From sequence record SRR20825006_932: DNA of 64,000 nt. One strand, given 5' to 3'. Made by a program: the position numbers and the translations under genes. Below are positions 10,368 through 18,863 of the stretch, in pieces (the stretch's first letter is position 1; each line of letters opens with the position of its first letter). The notes below the pieces were generated by a model, which worked only from the letters and a program-made list of their open reading frames with translations, searched no databases and was not told the DNA's origin.

Positions 10368-11821
10368 TAGTCTATGCTAAAAGTTGTGCCATCTTTACCG
10401 TCCATAAGCTGTACATCAAGTTTCTTTAAATCATCTCTAACTTTATCAGAGAGGGCAAAGTTTTTGCTAGTTCTAGCTTCTTTTCTAATTTCGATAAGCA
10501 GTTCAATCAAGCCTTCTGTTAAGCCACTTTTTCCACCTTCTGCTGAAACTGGCCAAATTCCAAGAACATCTCCAATAATTGCCTTAAGAAATATTTTAAG
10601 CTCAGAAAGATTCGATGGGATATCGTTGTCAGTGATTCTCTTACGTATATACTTCAAATGCTCAAAGAGAACAGCAATGGCTTGGGCTGAATTGAAATCG
10701 TCATTCAAAGTTGCCTCAAAAGCAGTTTTGAATGCTTCTATGTCTACAACTTTACCTGAGCCAGCTTCTGCTTTCTCAATGGCTGAAATCATACTATGAA
10801 GATTCTTAAGTCCCGTTTCAGCAGCAGCTAAAGCATCTTCCGAGAAATCAGAAGTACTTCTGTAATGGCTTTGAAGTAGGAAAAAGCGAATTACTTGTGG
10901 ATTCCATGCTCTGCTAAGAAGCTTGTGACTTCCATCAAAAAATTCTTCTAAGCTGATGGCATTTCCGAGGGATTTACCCATCTTTTGTCCATCCATTGTT
11001 ACCATATTATTATGGAGCCAATATTTTACGAATTGGGAATCGTGTGCACATTCTGACTGAGCAATTTCGCACTCGTGGTGAGGAAATTGATTCTCTAAGC
11101 CCCCACCATGAATATCAAAACTTTCGCCAAGATATTTGGTACTCATTGCAGAACATTCAATATGCCAACCTGGATAACCAACACCCCAAGGTGAATCCCA
11201 TTTCATGAGATGTTCTTCTTCGGCTTTTTTCCAAAGTGCAAAATCAGCTGGGTTTTTCTTATCGGAAGCAGTTTCTACACGAGTGCCAGATTCTGCTTCA
11301 TCCAGTTTTCTACCACTTAGTTTTCCATAATCAGCATCAGACTGAACATCGAAATACACATTCCCTTTAACTTCATAAGCGTGACCTTTTTCAATCAAGG
11401 TCTTAATCATCGCAATTTGTTCGGGGATATGTCCGGTTGCACGAGGTGCGATATCTGGTCGCAAAACATTCAGAGCATCCATATCTCGAAAATAGGTATA
11501 GGTATACTTTTCCGCGATTTGCATTGGGTCAACCTGTTCAAACCTGGCTTTTTTGGCAAGTTTGTCTTCACCTTCTTCGCCATCACCTACTAAATGGCCA
11601 ACATCGGTGATGTTTTGTACATAACGAACTTTGTAGCTTAAATAACGCAGATAGCGTACTACCAAATCGAAAGAGACATAGCTTTTGGCATGGCCTAAAT
11701 GGGCATCCCCATATACTGTAGGCCCACAAACATACATTCCTACAAATGGAGGATTTAGAGGCTCAAAAAGCTCTTTTGTTCTGCTTAGTGTGTTATATAC
11801 GTGAAGTTTTTGCTCAGCCAA
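10367..11821 (-). CDS. cysS: Cysteinyl-tRNA synthetase (TTG start)
   Basis: Motifs [40 protein letters not shown]. Confidence 0.97.
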   Translation of the reverse strand: MAEQKLHVYNTLSRTKELFEPLNPPFVGMYVCGPTVYGDAHLGHAKSYVSFDLVVRYLRYLSYKVRYVQNITDVGHLVGDGEEGEDKLAKKARFEQVDPMQIAEKYTYTYFRDMDALNVLRPDIAPRATGHIPEQIAMIKTLIEKGHAYEVKGNVYFDVQSDADYGKLSGRKLDEAESGTRVETASDKKNPADFALWKKAEEEHLMKWDSPWGVGYPGWHIECSAMSTKYLGESFDIHGGGLENQFPHHECEIAQSECAHDSQFVKYWLHNNMVTMDGQKMGKSLGNAISLEEFFDGSHKLLSRAWNPQVIRFFLLQSHYRSTSDFSEDALAAAETGLKNLHSMISAIEKAEAGSGKVVDIEAFKTAFEATLNDDFNSAQAIAVLFEHLKYIRKRITDNDIPSNLSELKIFLKAIIGDVLGIWPVSAEGGKSGLTEGLIELLIEIRKEARTSKNFALSDKVRDDLKKLDVQLMDGKDGTTFSID

Positions 11822-11829
11822 AACGAATC

Positions 11830-12510
11830 TTAAAGGTCTGTGTCGGTTCTAATGAAATCGATAAATTTTTGCTGCGTTGCTTGGTTCTTAAACGCTCCGC
11901 GAAATTCTGAAGTTACAGTGCTACTGCTTACATCACGAATGCCTCTTGTTGAAACACAAAGATGTTTGCTATCAATAAAAACAGCAACGTCTTCAGTTCC
12001 CATTGCCTCTGCTAAAGCATCTGCAATTTGAAGCGTTAAACGCTCTTGAACTTGAGGGCGACGTGAGTAATAATCTACGAGGCGATTGATTTTTGATAAA
12101 CCAATTACTTTCCCGGTAGAAATATAAGCCACATGTGCTCTGCCAATAAAGGGTAGAAAATGGTGCTCACAAAATGAAGTAACCTGAATATTCTTTTCAA
12201 TCACCATATCACTATAATCGTAGTGATTGTTGAAAGTTCTAGCTTCAGGTCTATTCTTTGGATCTAAGCCATTAAAAATTTCTTTAACATACATTTTTGC
12301 AACACGATATGGTGTGCCTTTGAGGCTGTCATCGGTCAAGTCCAGCCCTAAAGTGTGCATGATTTGTGCAAAATTCTCTTGAATGAGCTCGATTTTTTCA
12401 GCGTCACTTTTTTCGAAAGCATCATCGCGAAGAGGAGTTAATTCCGAGCTACCAACATGATCGTCGCCACGCTCGTCTGCAATAATTTTGTCTATATTTG
12501 AATTATCCAA
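11830..12510 (-). CDS. folE: GTP cyclohydrolase I (start probably TTG at 12510; the ORF is open to 12546)
   Basis: Motifs TPYRVAKMY, CEHHFLPF, GLSKINR, RRPQVQERLT, HLCV..RG. Confidence 0.95.
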   Translation of the reverse strand: MDNSNIDKIIADERGDDHVGSSELTPLRDDAFEKSDAEKIELIQENFAQIMHTLGLDLTDDSLKGTPYRVAKMYVKEIFNGLDPKNRPEARTFNNHYDYSDMVIEKNIQVTSFCEHHFLPFIGRAHVAYISTGKVIGLSKINRLVDYYSRRPQVQERLTLQIADALAEAMGTEDVAVFIDSKHLCVSTRGIRDVSSSTVTSEFRGAFKNQATQQKFIDFIRTDTDL

Positions 12511-12778
12511 GGTAAAAGGGGTTTTTTTGAGGAAAATTAAGCCCAACTGTCGACTTAAAACCGAACCTGAAAGTTAAGAGTTCCTAGTATCAATTAACAG
12601 TTGCTTGGTAATCAATTCTGAATTACTGATAGTTGGATTAGGAATAGTCTAAAGGGGTTACTAGTTTTCTTGAAAATATGCTACTATTGAAAGCTCTGTA
12701 TATAAAAAAGTGTACTATTTGATTAAATCGTAGTTTAGAATACAGACTCATTTCTCACAAATTTAAAACTTAGAATAG

Positions 12779-13087
12779 ATGATAAAGCACATTGTAATGT
12801 GGAAGTTAAAAGATGAAGCAGAAGGCAAAACAAAAGCTGAGAATGCTGCTGTTTTGAAAGAGCGATTAGAAGCTCTTCCTTCTAAAATTGCTGAATTAGA
12901 TACCGCCGAGCTTGGAATTAACTTTATTGAGGGTAATAATGAAGCCGTTTGTGATATTGTACTTACTACAACCTGCAAAACTAAAGAAGATTTAAAAGTG
13001 TATGCCGCTCATCCTGAACATCAGAAAGTAGTTGAGTATATTCTAAAAGTAACAAGTGAGCGTCGAGTTGTTGATTACGTAAGCTAA
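12779..13087 (+). CDS. Dabb family stress-responsive A/B barrel protein
   Basis: Motifs MIKHIVMWKLK, YAAHPEH, and a VVDY end. Confidence 0.9.
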   Translation: MIKHIVMWKLKDEAEGKTKAENAAVLKERLEALPSKIAELDTAELGINFIEGNNEAVCDIVLTTTCKTKEDLKVYAAHPEHQKVVEYILKVTSERRVVDYVS

Positions 13088-13130
13088 TTGCAGCAATTTT
13101 GGGCCAGAAACCCTCAGTAACCTAGCAACA

Positions 13131-13409
13131 ATGGATGAATTAGAACCTGTAGAATTACCTATTGATGGGATTCTAGACCTACATCAATTCAATCCAAAGG
13201 AACTAGGCGGTTTGATTCCTGATTATATTGATGCATGTTTAGAACTGGATATCGTTTCTATCCGAATTATTCATGGAAAGGGAAAAGGCGTATTACGCCG
13301 AACTGTGCACAGTTTACTGGACAAAAACAGCCGTGTATTATCGTATCGCTTAGCCGACGATAGCAGCAGCTGGGGTGCTACCTTAGTTGAGCTGAAAAAA
13401 GAGAGCTAG
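13131..13409 (+). CDS. Stand-alone Smr domain protein
   Basis: Motifs LDLH, IIHGKGKGVLR, WGAT.V.L. Confidence 0.9.
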   Translation: MDELEPVELPIDGILDLHQFNPKELGGLIPDYIDACLELDIVSIRIIHGKGKGVLRRTVHSLLDKNSRVLSYRLADDSSSWGATLVELKKES

Positions 13410-13444
13410 AAATAGAGAATTGGTAGAACAAAAAAATCAAGAAT

Positions 13445-15259
13445 TTGAAAGAATTATTAGAACGCCATAGCCAGCGTATTACAAGAAAAATTGAAATCTT
13501 AAAGGTAAAAAGTAATAGTCTTTCTAAATGGAGATTCATCGTTTTTGCTATAGCTATAGTATTTAGCATTTTTGGGATTAATAATTTGAATGACTACCTC
13601 TATGTGGTAACGTTAGCAGGTATTATTATCACCTTTCTATTTCTGGTAAACTGGCAACGTAAAGTAACAAGTGCACTAGAGAAATTTAGCTATTTAAAGA
13701 CGATTAAAGATGGGCATATCGCTCGTATCAATCTTGATTGGAATCAAATGGATACGCCGTTTATTCCCTCTATTTCCAAACATCACCCTTTTGACGACGA
13801 TTTAAACATTGTTGGCGAGTTTTCGATTCATCATTTAATAAATACCGCAATATATAAGGGTGGAGCACAGCTTTTATCCGATTGGTTGCTGAAAGAAGAA
13901 CCCGTTGCACAGCAAATACTCGCTAGGCAGGAGTTGATAAAAAGCTTGAAGCCACTACAGCTTTTTAGAGATAAATTGAGGGTTATCGCTCTGCACACAA
14001 AAACACGTAGTTCGAAAAGTGATTGGACTATGGAGCAAATGCTACAATGGCTTGCTCTTCCAAAGAAAACAGGGTTTAAGTTTCCATTAATAGCATTAAC
14101 ACTTCTAGCTATTTCAAATATTAGCTTTGGTGTATTGGCTCTTTTAGGATTAATGAGCAGTCTTCCCTTGGTTATTTCAATGCTTATCTACGTGAGTATT
14201 TACAAGCTGAACAGCCACAAAGTAACTGGTTTATTCGATGCTTCTTTTCAGATGGATAGATTGTTAGGTAGATTCAGTGCCATTCTTTTGAGTGTAGAAA
14301 AATTCACTTTTAGACAAGATAATTTACTAAACGACTTTCTAAAAGTATTCCATCAAGAAGAAGAAAAACCGTCAACGTATCTCAAAAAAGTAAAAAGTTT
14401 AGCAGGCGCGGCATCTCTTCAAAAAAATCAAATTCTTTGGCCTATAGTAAATCTCTTAATGCCTTGGGATTTTTACTACGCGATGCGATTAGAGCAACTA
14501 AAGCATGATTTAGAACCAAAACTTAAAATTTGGTTGAATAAATTTTATCAACTTGAGGCGCTTAATTCACTAGCTAACTTTGCTGAGTTAAACCCAAATT
14601 ACACCTTCCCCACATTTGAAAAAAGAGACCAAGAAAGCCTCGATGCTATAGAAGTGGGCCATCCGTTAATCTCAGTTTCAAAAAAGGTTACAAATAACTT
14701 TAGAGTGGAACGAGGTAGAGATTTGTTTTTGCTTACAGGTTCAAACATGGCTGGTAAAAGTACGTTTTTGCGAACAGTGGGTATAAATTTAGTTTTGGCT
14801 TACTCAGGAGCTCCCGTAAATGCAAAGAGCTTTAATACTGATTTCTTTAGAATATTTACGAGTATCAATGTTGTGGATTCTCTCGGAGATGGACTTTCTC
14901 ACTTTTACGCTGAAGTTAAGCGATTAAGACAACTGCTCGACGCACTTAACCAAACCCATCAACTGCCGTTATTCTTTTTTGTAGATGAAATCTATAAAGG
15001 GACGAACAACCGAGAACGTTATGCAGGTAGCGCGGCTTTTCTAAAAGAAGTAGCTGGGAAAAATGGTGCAGGCATGGTTTCTACGCACGATTTAGAATTG
15101 GCTAGTATGGAAGAAGTAATTCCTCAGTTAGGCAATTGGCATTTCTCTGAGCTTATTAAAGATGGCAAAATGAGCTTTGAGTACAAGCTAAAACCTGGCC
15201 CTTGCCCAAGTACTAATGCTCTCCAAATTATGAAGATTGAAGGCTTACCTGTAGAATAA
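13445..15259 (+). CDS. Membrane-anchored MutS-related ATPase (domain V only)
   Basis: N-terminal and central TM pairs. GHPL, TGSNMAGKSTFLR, SHFYAEVKRL, DEIYKGTN, STHDLEL. No mismatch-recognition domain is evident. Confidence 0.88.
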   Translation: MKELLERHSQRITRKIEILKVKSNSLSKWRFIVFAIAIVFSIFGINNLNDYLYVVTLAGIIITFLFLVNWQRKVTSALEKFSYLKTIKDGHIARINLDWNQMDTPFIPSISKHHPFDDDLNIVGEFSIHHLINTAIYKGGAQLLSDWLLKEEPVAQQILARQELIKSLKPLQLFRDKLRVIALHTKTRSSKSDWTMEQMLQWLALPKKTGFKFPLIALTLLAISNISFGVLALLGLMSSLPLVISMLIYVSIYKLNSHKVTGLFDASFQMDRLLGRFSAILLSVEKFTFRQDNLLNDFLKVFHQEEEKPSTYLKKVKSLAGAASLQKNQILWPIVNLLMPWDFYYAMRLEQLKHDLEPKLKIWLNKFYQLEALNSLANFAELNPNYTFPTFEKRDQESLDAIEVGHPLISVSKKVTNNFRVERGRDLFLLTGSNMAGKSTFLRTVGINLVLAYSGAPVNAKSFNTDFFRIFTSINVVDSLGDGLSHFYAEVKRLRQLLDALNQTHQLPLFFFVDEIYKGTNNRERYAGSAAFLKEVAGKNGAGMVSTHDLELASMEEVIPQLGNWHFSELIKDGKMSFEYKLKPGPCPSTNALQIMKIEGLPVE

Positions 15260-15500
15260 CCTAGGTTTGAGGTTTTCTGCAAAACATCTCGGGTCATCCT
15301 ATGCTTGGGAAAGAATGTGAGATGGTAGATATTTCACTAATAAGGTTTTGCTTGAAGAGGATAGTTTACTTTGCCTTTCTTCTCGTTCTGTAGCTCAGTT
15401 GCGGGATGCCATCTGGCAACTCCAGCTTCCAATGCCTTTGTTCATAGCCAAGTAGATTGATCAAAGCCTACAAAGATGCTGAAATAAGTTCAGCGAGATC
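15260..15500. repeat. Degenerate REP/palindromic element remnants in intergenic DNA
   Basis: 'ctcgttctgtagctcagttgcgggatgcc..ctccagcttcc' (about 15382-15430) and 'agatgctgaaataagttcagc' (15474-15494, imperfect inverted repeat gctgaa/ttcagc) resemble REP-like families from memory. Confidence 0.35.
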
Positions 15501-15632
15501 GAGTTAGTTTTCAGATTTAAACCCATCAACGAATTAGCTGATTTCGATAGGAATAATTATACCCGCCTTTAGATCATTAAAACGTCGATTTATTCCTCTT
15601 AAATCTAATTTCTAAAAATCGCTGATCTTTTT

Positions 15633-15662
15633 TGTAACCTTTTCAAAACTCATCAGTGTAAT
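15633..15662 (+). promoter_or_regulatory. Candidate autoregulated ECF promoter (TGTAAC...TGTAAT)
   Basis: An AAC-containing -35-like hexamer lies about 60 nt upstream of the ECF gene. A second TGTAAC lies at 21669, upstream of the second DUF5916 gene. Confidence 0.35.
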
Positions 15663-15695
15663 AGCCGATAACTTTAACCGGGGAAATTATAATCG

Positions 15696-16259
15696 GTGGA
15701 TTCTACATCAGATAAAGCTTTAATGATGAAGGTAAAAGAAGGAGACCTAGATAAGCTAGGGCTTTTGTTCGAGCGATATAATCGTGCGCTTTATAATTTC
15801 TTTTACAGGATGACAACCGAATCTCAGTTAAGCGAAGATCTTGTTCAGTCGGTATTCGAGCGAATGCTCAAATATCGAAATACATATGCAGGCGAAGGAG
15901 CATTCACCACGTGGATGTTTAGTATTGCTAGAAATACCCATATCGATCATTATCGGCAAAATAAACGTCACTCTCATAATGACGTTTTTGACGATGACCG
16001 AATTGGTGAGCTCCCGCCTGAATATGGTGTAATAGACGAGCAAGTGCGGAAAAAGAACATTCTAGAGTTAGCATTATCTAAACTCGCACCAGAAAAAAAA
16101 GAAGTAGTGTTATTAAGTCGTTACGAAGGGCTTAACTATCAAGAGATTGCAGAGATACAAGGCGCAACTGAAAGTGCTATAAAAGTAAGGATGTTTAGGG
16201 CAATGAAAGAATTAAAAGACATAGTTGTCACATTATGTGAGGACCAAAATGATGAATAA
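15696..16259 (+). CDS. ECF RNA polymerase sigma factor
   Basis: Region 2 (SEDLVQSVF, FTTWMFSIARN) and region 4 (EGLNYQEIAEI...AIKVRMFRA). Confidence 0.95.
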   Translation: MDSTSDKALMMKVKEGDLDKLGLLFERYNRALYNFFYRMTTESQLSEDLVQSVFERMLKYRNTYAGEGAFTTWMFSIARNTHIDHYRQNKRHSHNDVFDDDRIGELPPEYGVIDEQVRKKNILELALSKLAPEKKEVVLLSRYEGLNYQEIAEIQGATESAIKVRMFRAMKELKDIVVTLCEDQNDE

Positions 16260-17034
16260 AAAATACGAAGAATTATTAGCGGATTACTTAACAGGTAGTT
16301 TAACTCCGGAACAAAAACTGGAATTAGAACATCTATTAGCCAGTGGAGAAATCGATGCTCTAGAGTTTAGAGCCATTGAAGAGCTCAACGAAACCCTCAG
16401 TAGTATGCCTAAAGTAGAGCCGTCTCATTCTTTGAATGAACGTTTCTATACCTTCTTAGAAACAGAAAAAAACCTCGTTAAACCTAAATCACCTAGTTTG
16501 GTTATTTGGTTGAAAGAGTTCTTTGCCACAATTACGGTTCCTCAACTAGCTTATACATTTGTTGTACTGATTGTGGGTATGTTTGTTGGGAATGGTTTTA
16601 GCAGTAGTGAGGAAAGGCTAGACCTACTTACTTCAGAACTTCAAAATGTTCGTGAAATGATGATGGTATCTATGCTTGAAGGAGCCTCAGCCACAGATCG
16701 ATTAAGAGCCGTAAATATAAGTGCTGAATTACCTATGGCAGATGATAGGGCTGTAAATGCGTTGCTCTTTACACTTAATAATGACGAAAGTGTGAATGTG
16801 AGAGTGCAATCGGTTGAGGCCTTAGTTCGCTGGGGTGATAACGCCTCCGTACGTGAAGGACTGGTTAAGTCTATTATGAACCAAGACTCAGATGTAGTGA
16901 TTGTAGCGCTAGCTGATGCAATGGTAGAACTAGAACTGAATGCTTCAAAAGGGCAGTTTGAACAGCTCTTAAAAAATCGGGAAATGGATATTAGTGTAAA
17001 ACAAAAACTACAAAACAGTATTGCTGTATTGTAA
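16249..17034 (+). CDS. Anti-sigma factor with TM helix and periplasmic HEAT repeats
   Basis: Overlaps the sigma stop. N-terminal LLADYL.G.L.PE anti-sigma helix, one TM, HEAT-like LNNDESVNVRVQSVEAL. Confidence 0.8.
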   Translation: MMNKKYEELLADYLTGSLTPEQKLELEHLLASGEIDALEFRAIEELNETLSSMPKVEPSHSLNERFYTFLETEKNLVKPKSPSLVIWLKEFFATITVPQLAYTFVVLIVGMFVGNGFSSSEERLDLLTSELQNVREMMMVSMLEGASATDRLRAVNISAELPMADDRAVNALLFTLNNDESVNVRVQSVEALVRWGDNASVREGLVKSIMNQDSDVVIVALADAMVELELNASKGQFEQLLKNREMDISVKQKLQNSIAVL

Positions 17035-17046
17035 AAAGGAGATTCA

Positions 17047-17922
17047 ATGAAAAAAGGAATAATATTAGTTTTGGGGTTGTTGTGGACGCTATCAATTTCT
17101 GCTCAAAACCAGAAAATTCACGAAAAGATATCGATGACTATTGCAGCAAAAGATTTTAAGGCTGCATCAACATTCAATATCAAAAATATAAACGGTGATG
17201 TTAAAGTAATCGGCTATGATGGCGATGAAATCCAAATTATTGGCTCTAAAACCATCAAGAAGAAAAGAGGAACTCTTACCAAAAAAGAAGCTGATACCTA
17301 CGAATTAAGAAAAGAGTTATATGAGGGTGTACTTTATGTTTACGTTTATACGCCTGGTGCACGAGTTGAGTTTAAAGATGGAAGGATGAGTTACTCAACA
17401 AATAGAAATGACGATGACGAATATGATGAGACTCAATTCGATTTTTACATTGAAGTTAAAGTACCAAAAAAGATGATTCTAAGAGCCTCGACAATAAATG
17501 GAGGTTTGGTTGAAGTGGAGAACATGCATAACGGAGTTTTTGCCAATAACATAAATGGCGGTGTGAGCTTGAAAGAAGTAAGTGGAAAGACGATGGCCAA
17601 CACAGTAAATGGAAATATTAAAGTATGGTTTAGCAAAAGCCCAAAAGTAGATACCAAGTTTAACACCGTTAATGGAGACATAGAGATATATTCTCCAAAA
17701 GATTTATCAATTCGTGTAACCTTTGAAAGTTTACACGGTGAACTATATACAGATTTTGAGCAGGTAAAACGATTACCAAACCGATTGGACAAGGAACAGG
17801 ATGGTAGCGGATCCCGATACAAAATTAACAGCAAATCACCCATTCAAATAGGGAAGGGTGGTTCAGAAATGGAATTCAAGCTGGTAAACGGAAACGTGTA
17901 CATCAGAGTCAAAAAATCTTAA
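17047..17922 (+). CDS. DUF4097-type secreted beta-strand repeat protein
   Basis: Signal peptide and repeated T(V/I)NG(D/N)I motifs. Confidence 0.8.
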   Translation: MKKGIILVLGLLWTLSISAQNQKIHEKISMTIAAKDFKAASTFNIKNINGDVKVIGYDGDEIQIIGSKTIKKKRGTLTKKEADTYELRKELYEGVLYVYVYTPGARVEFKDGRMSYSTNRNDDDEYDETQFDFYIEVKVPKKMILRASTINGGLVEVENMHNGVFANNINGGVSLKEVSGKTMANTVNGNIKVWFSKSPKVDTKFNTVNGDIEIYSPKDLSIRVTFESLHGELYTDFEQVKRLPNRLDKEQDGSGSRYKINSKSPIQIGKGGSEMEFKLVNGNVYIRVKKS

Positions 17923-17936
17923 TAATAGAAGTAGAC

Positions 17937-18749
17937 ATGAAAAACGTAAAATTATTTCAAATCACCTTATTCAGCTTTGTACTTGCAATACTATTAACAA
18001 ATGGAATTAAAGCTCAGAGCACTCAAACAATACCTCTTTCGAAACCAAATCAACCTGGTAAACTCATCATTCAGTCTGTATTTGCGGATGAAATTATCAT
18101 TCGTGCATATGACGGAAAAGAAGTTCTAGTAAGGTACGATGGAGATGATGAAGACAATGAATACAATAGCAAAAGAGGTGGATTACGTCGTATTTCCACA
18201 AGTGGAGTAGGGCTGGAAATCACAGAAGACAATAACGAAGTGTGTATTAAAACTTCACCAAACTCACACGATTTGGAATTGGAAGTTCTCGTTCCAAGAA
18301 AATTCTCTCTTAAACTTAGCGTAACTCATGGTGATGTTGAAGTTTACGGAATTGACGGTGAACACGATATTAGTACCGTAAATGGAGACGTAGAAATGCA
18401 GAATATTTCTGGATCTGTAGTAGCTAACAGCGTGAATGGTGATATGGAAATAAGCTTCGAGAAAGTTTCAGCTGGAGTACCAATGTCGTTTACCGGTGTT
18501 AATGGAGATATAGACATTGCATTCCCCGAAAACGTTAAAATGTATGCCAAGATGAAAACGGAATGGGGTGATGTATTAACAGATTTTGATATGGATTTAG
18601 ACCGTTCTTCAAGTTCAGAAGTCTCAAAAGGAGATGGTAAATACAAAGTAGTTGTAAATAAATGGGTCTACGGGAAGGTTAATGGCGGAACCACAGAGTT
18701 CCTGTTCAAAACATTGCATGGAGATATATCCATTCGTAAAAACAAGTAA
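17937..18749 (+). CDS. DUF4097-type secreted beta-strand repeat protein
   Basis: Signal peptide and TVNGDV, SVNGDM, GVNGDI, TLHGDI repeats. Confidence 0.8.
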   Translation: MKNVKLFQITLFSFVLAILLTNGIKAQSTQTIPLSKPNQPGKLIIQSVFADEIIIRAYDGKEVLVRYDGDDEDNEYNSKRGGLRRISTSGVGLEITEDNNEVCIKTSPNSHDLELEVLVPRKFSLKLSVTHGDVEVYGIDGEHDISTVNGDVEMQNISGSVVANSVNGDMEISFEKVSAGVPMSFTGVNGDIDIAFPENVKMYAKMKTEWGDVLTDFDMDLDRSSSSEVSKGDGKYKVVVNKWVYGKVNGGTTEFLFKTLHGDISIRKNK

Positions 18750-18863
18750 ACGCTAGAAACGCTTTACTTTTAAACTCGTCTTAGAACTAAAAAATAATAA
18801 TTCTGTTAATATTACTCTCAGAGTAGTTTGCAGGGGTCGGTTAGGAACATTAAAAATAATATC

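Noticed and set aside
9461-12780. Zur/Fur box controlling the folE-cysS-hisI-TBDR cluster
   Set aside because: I found no convincing palindromic operator by eye, and a terminator-like hairpin separates hisI from the receptor gene.
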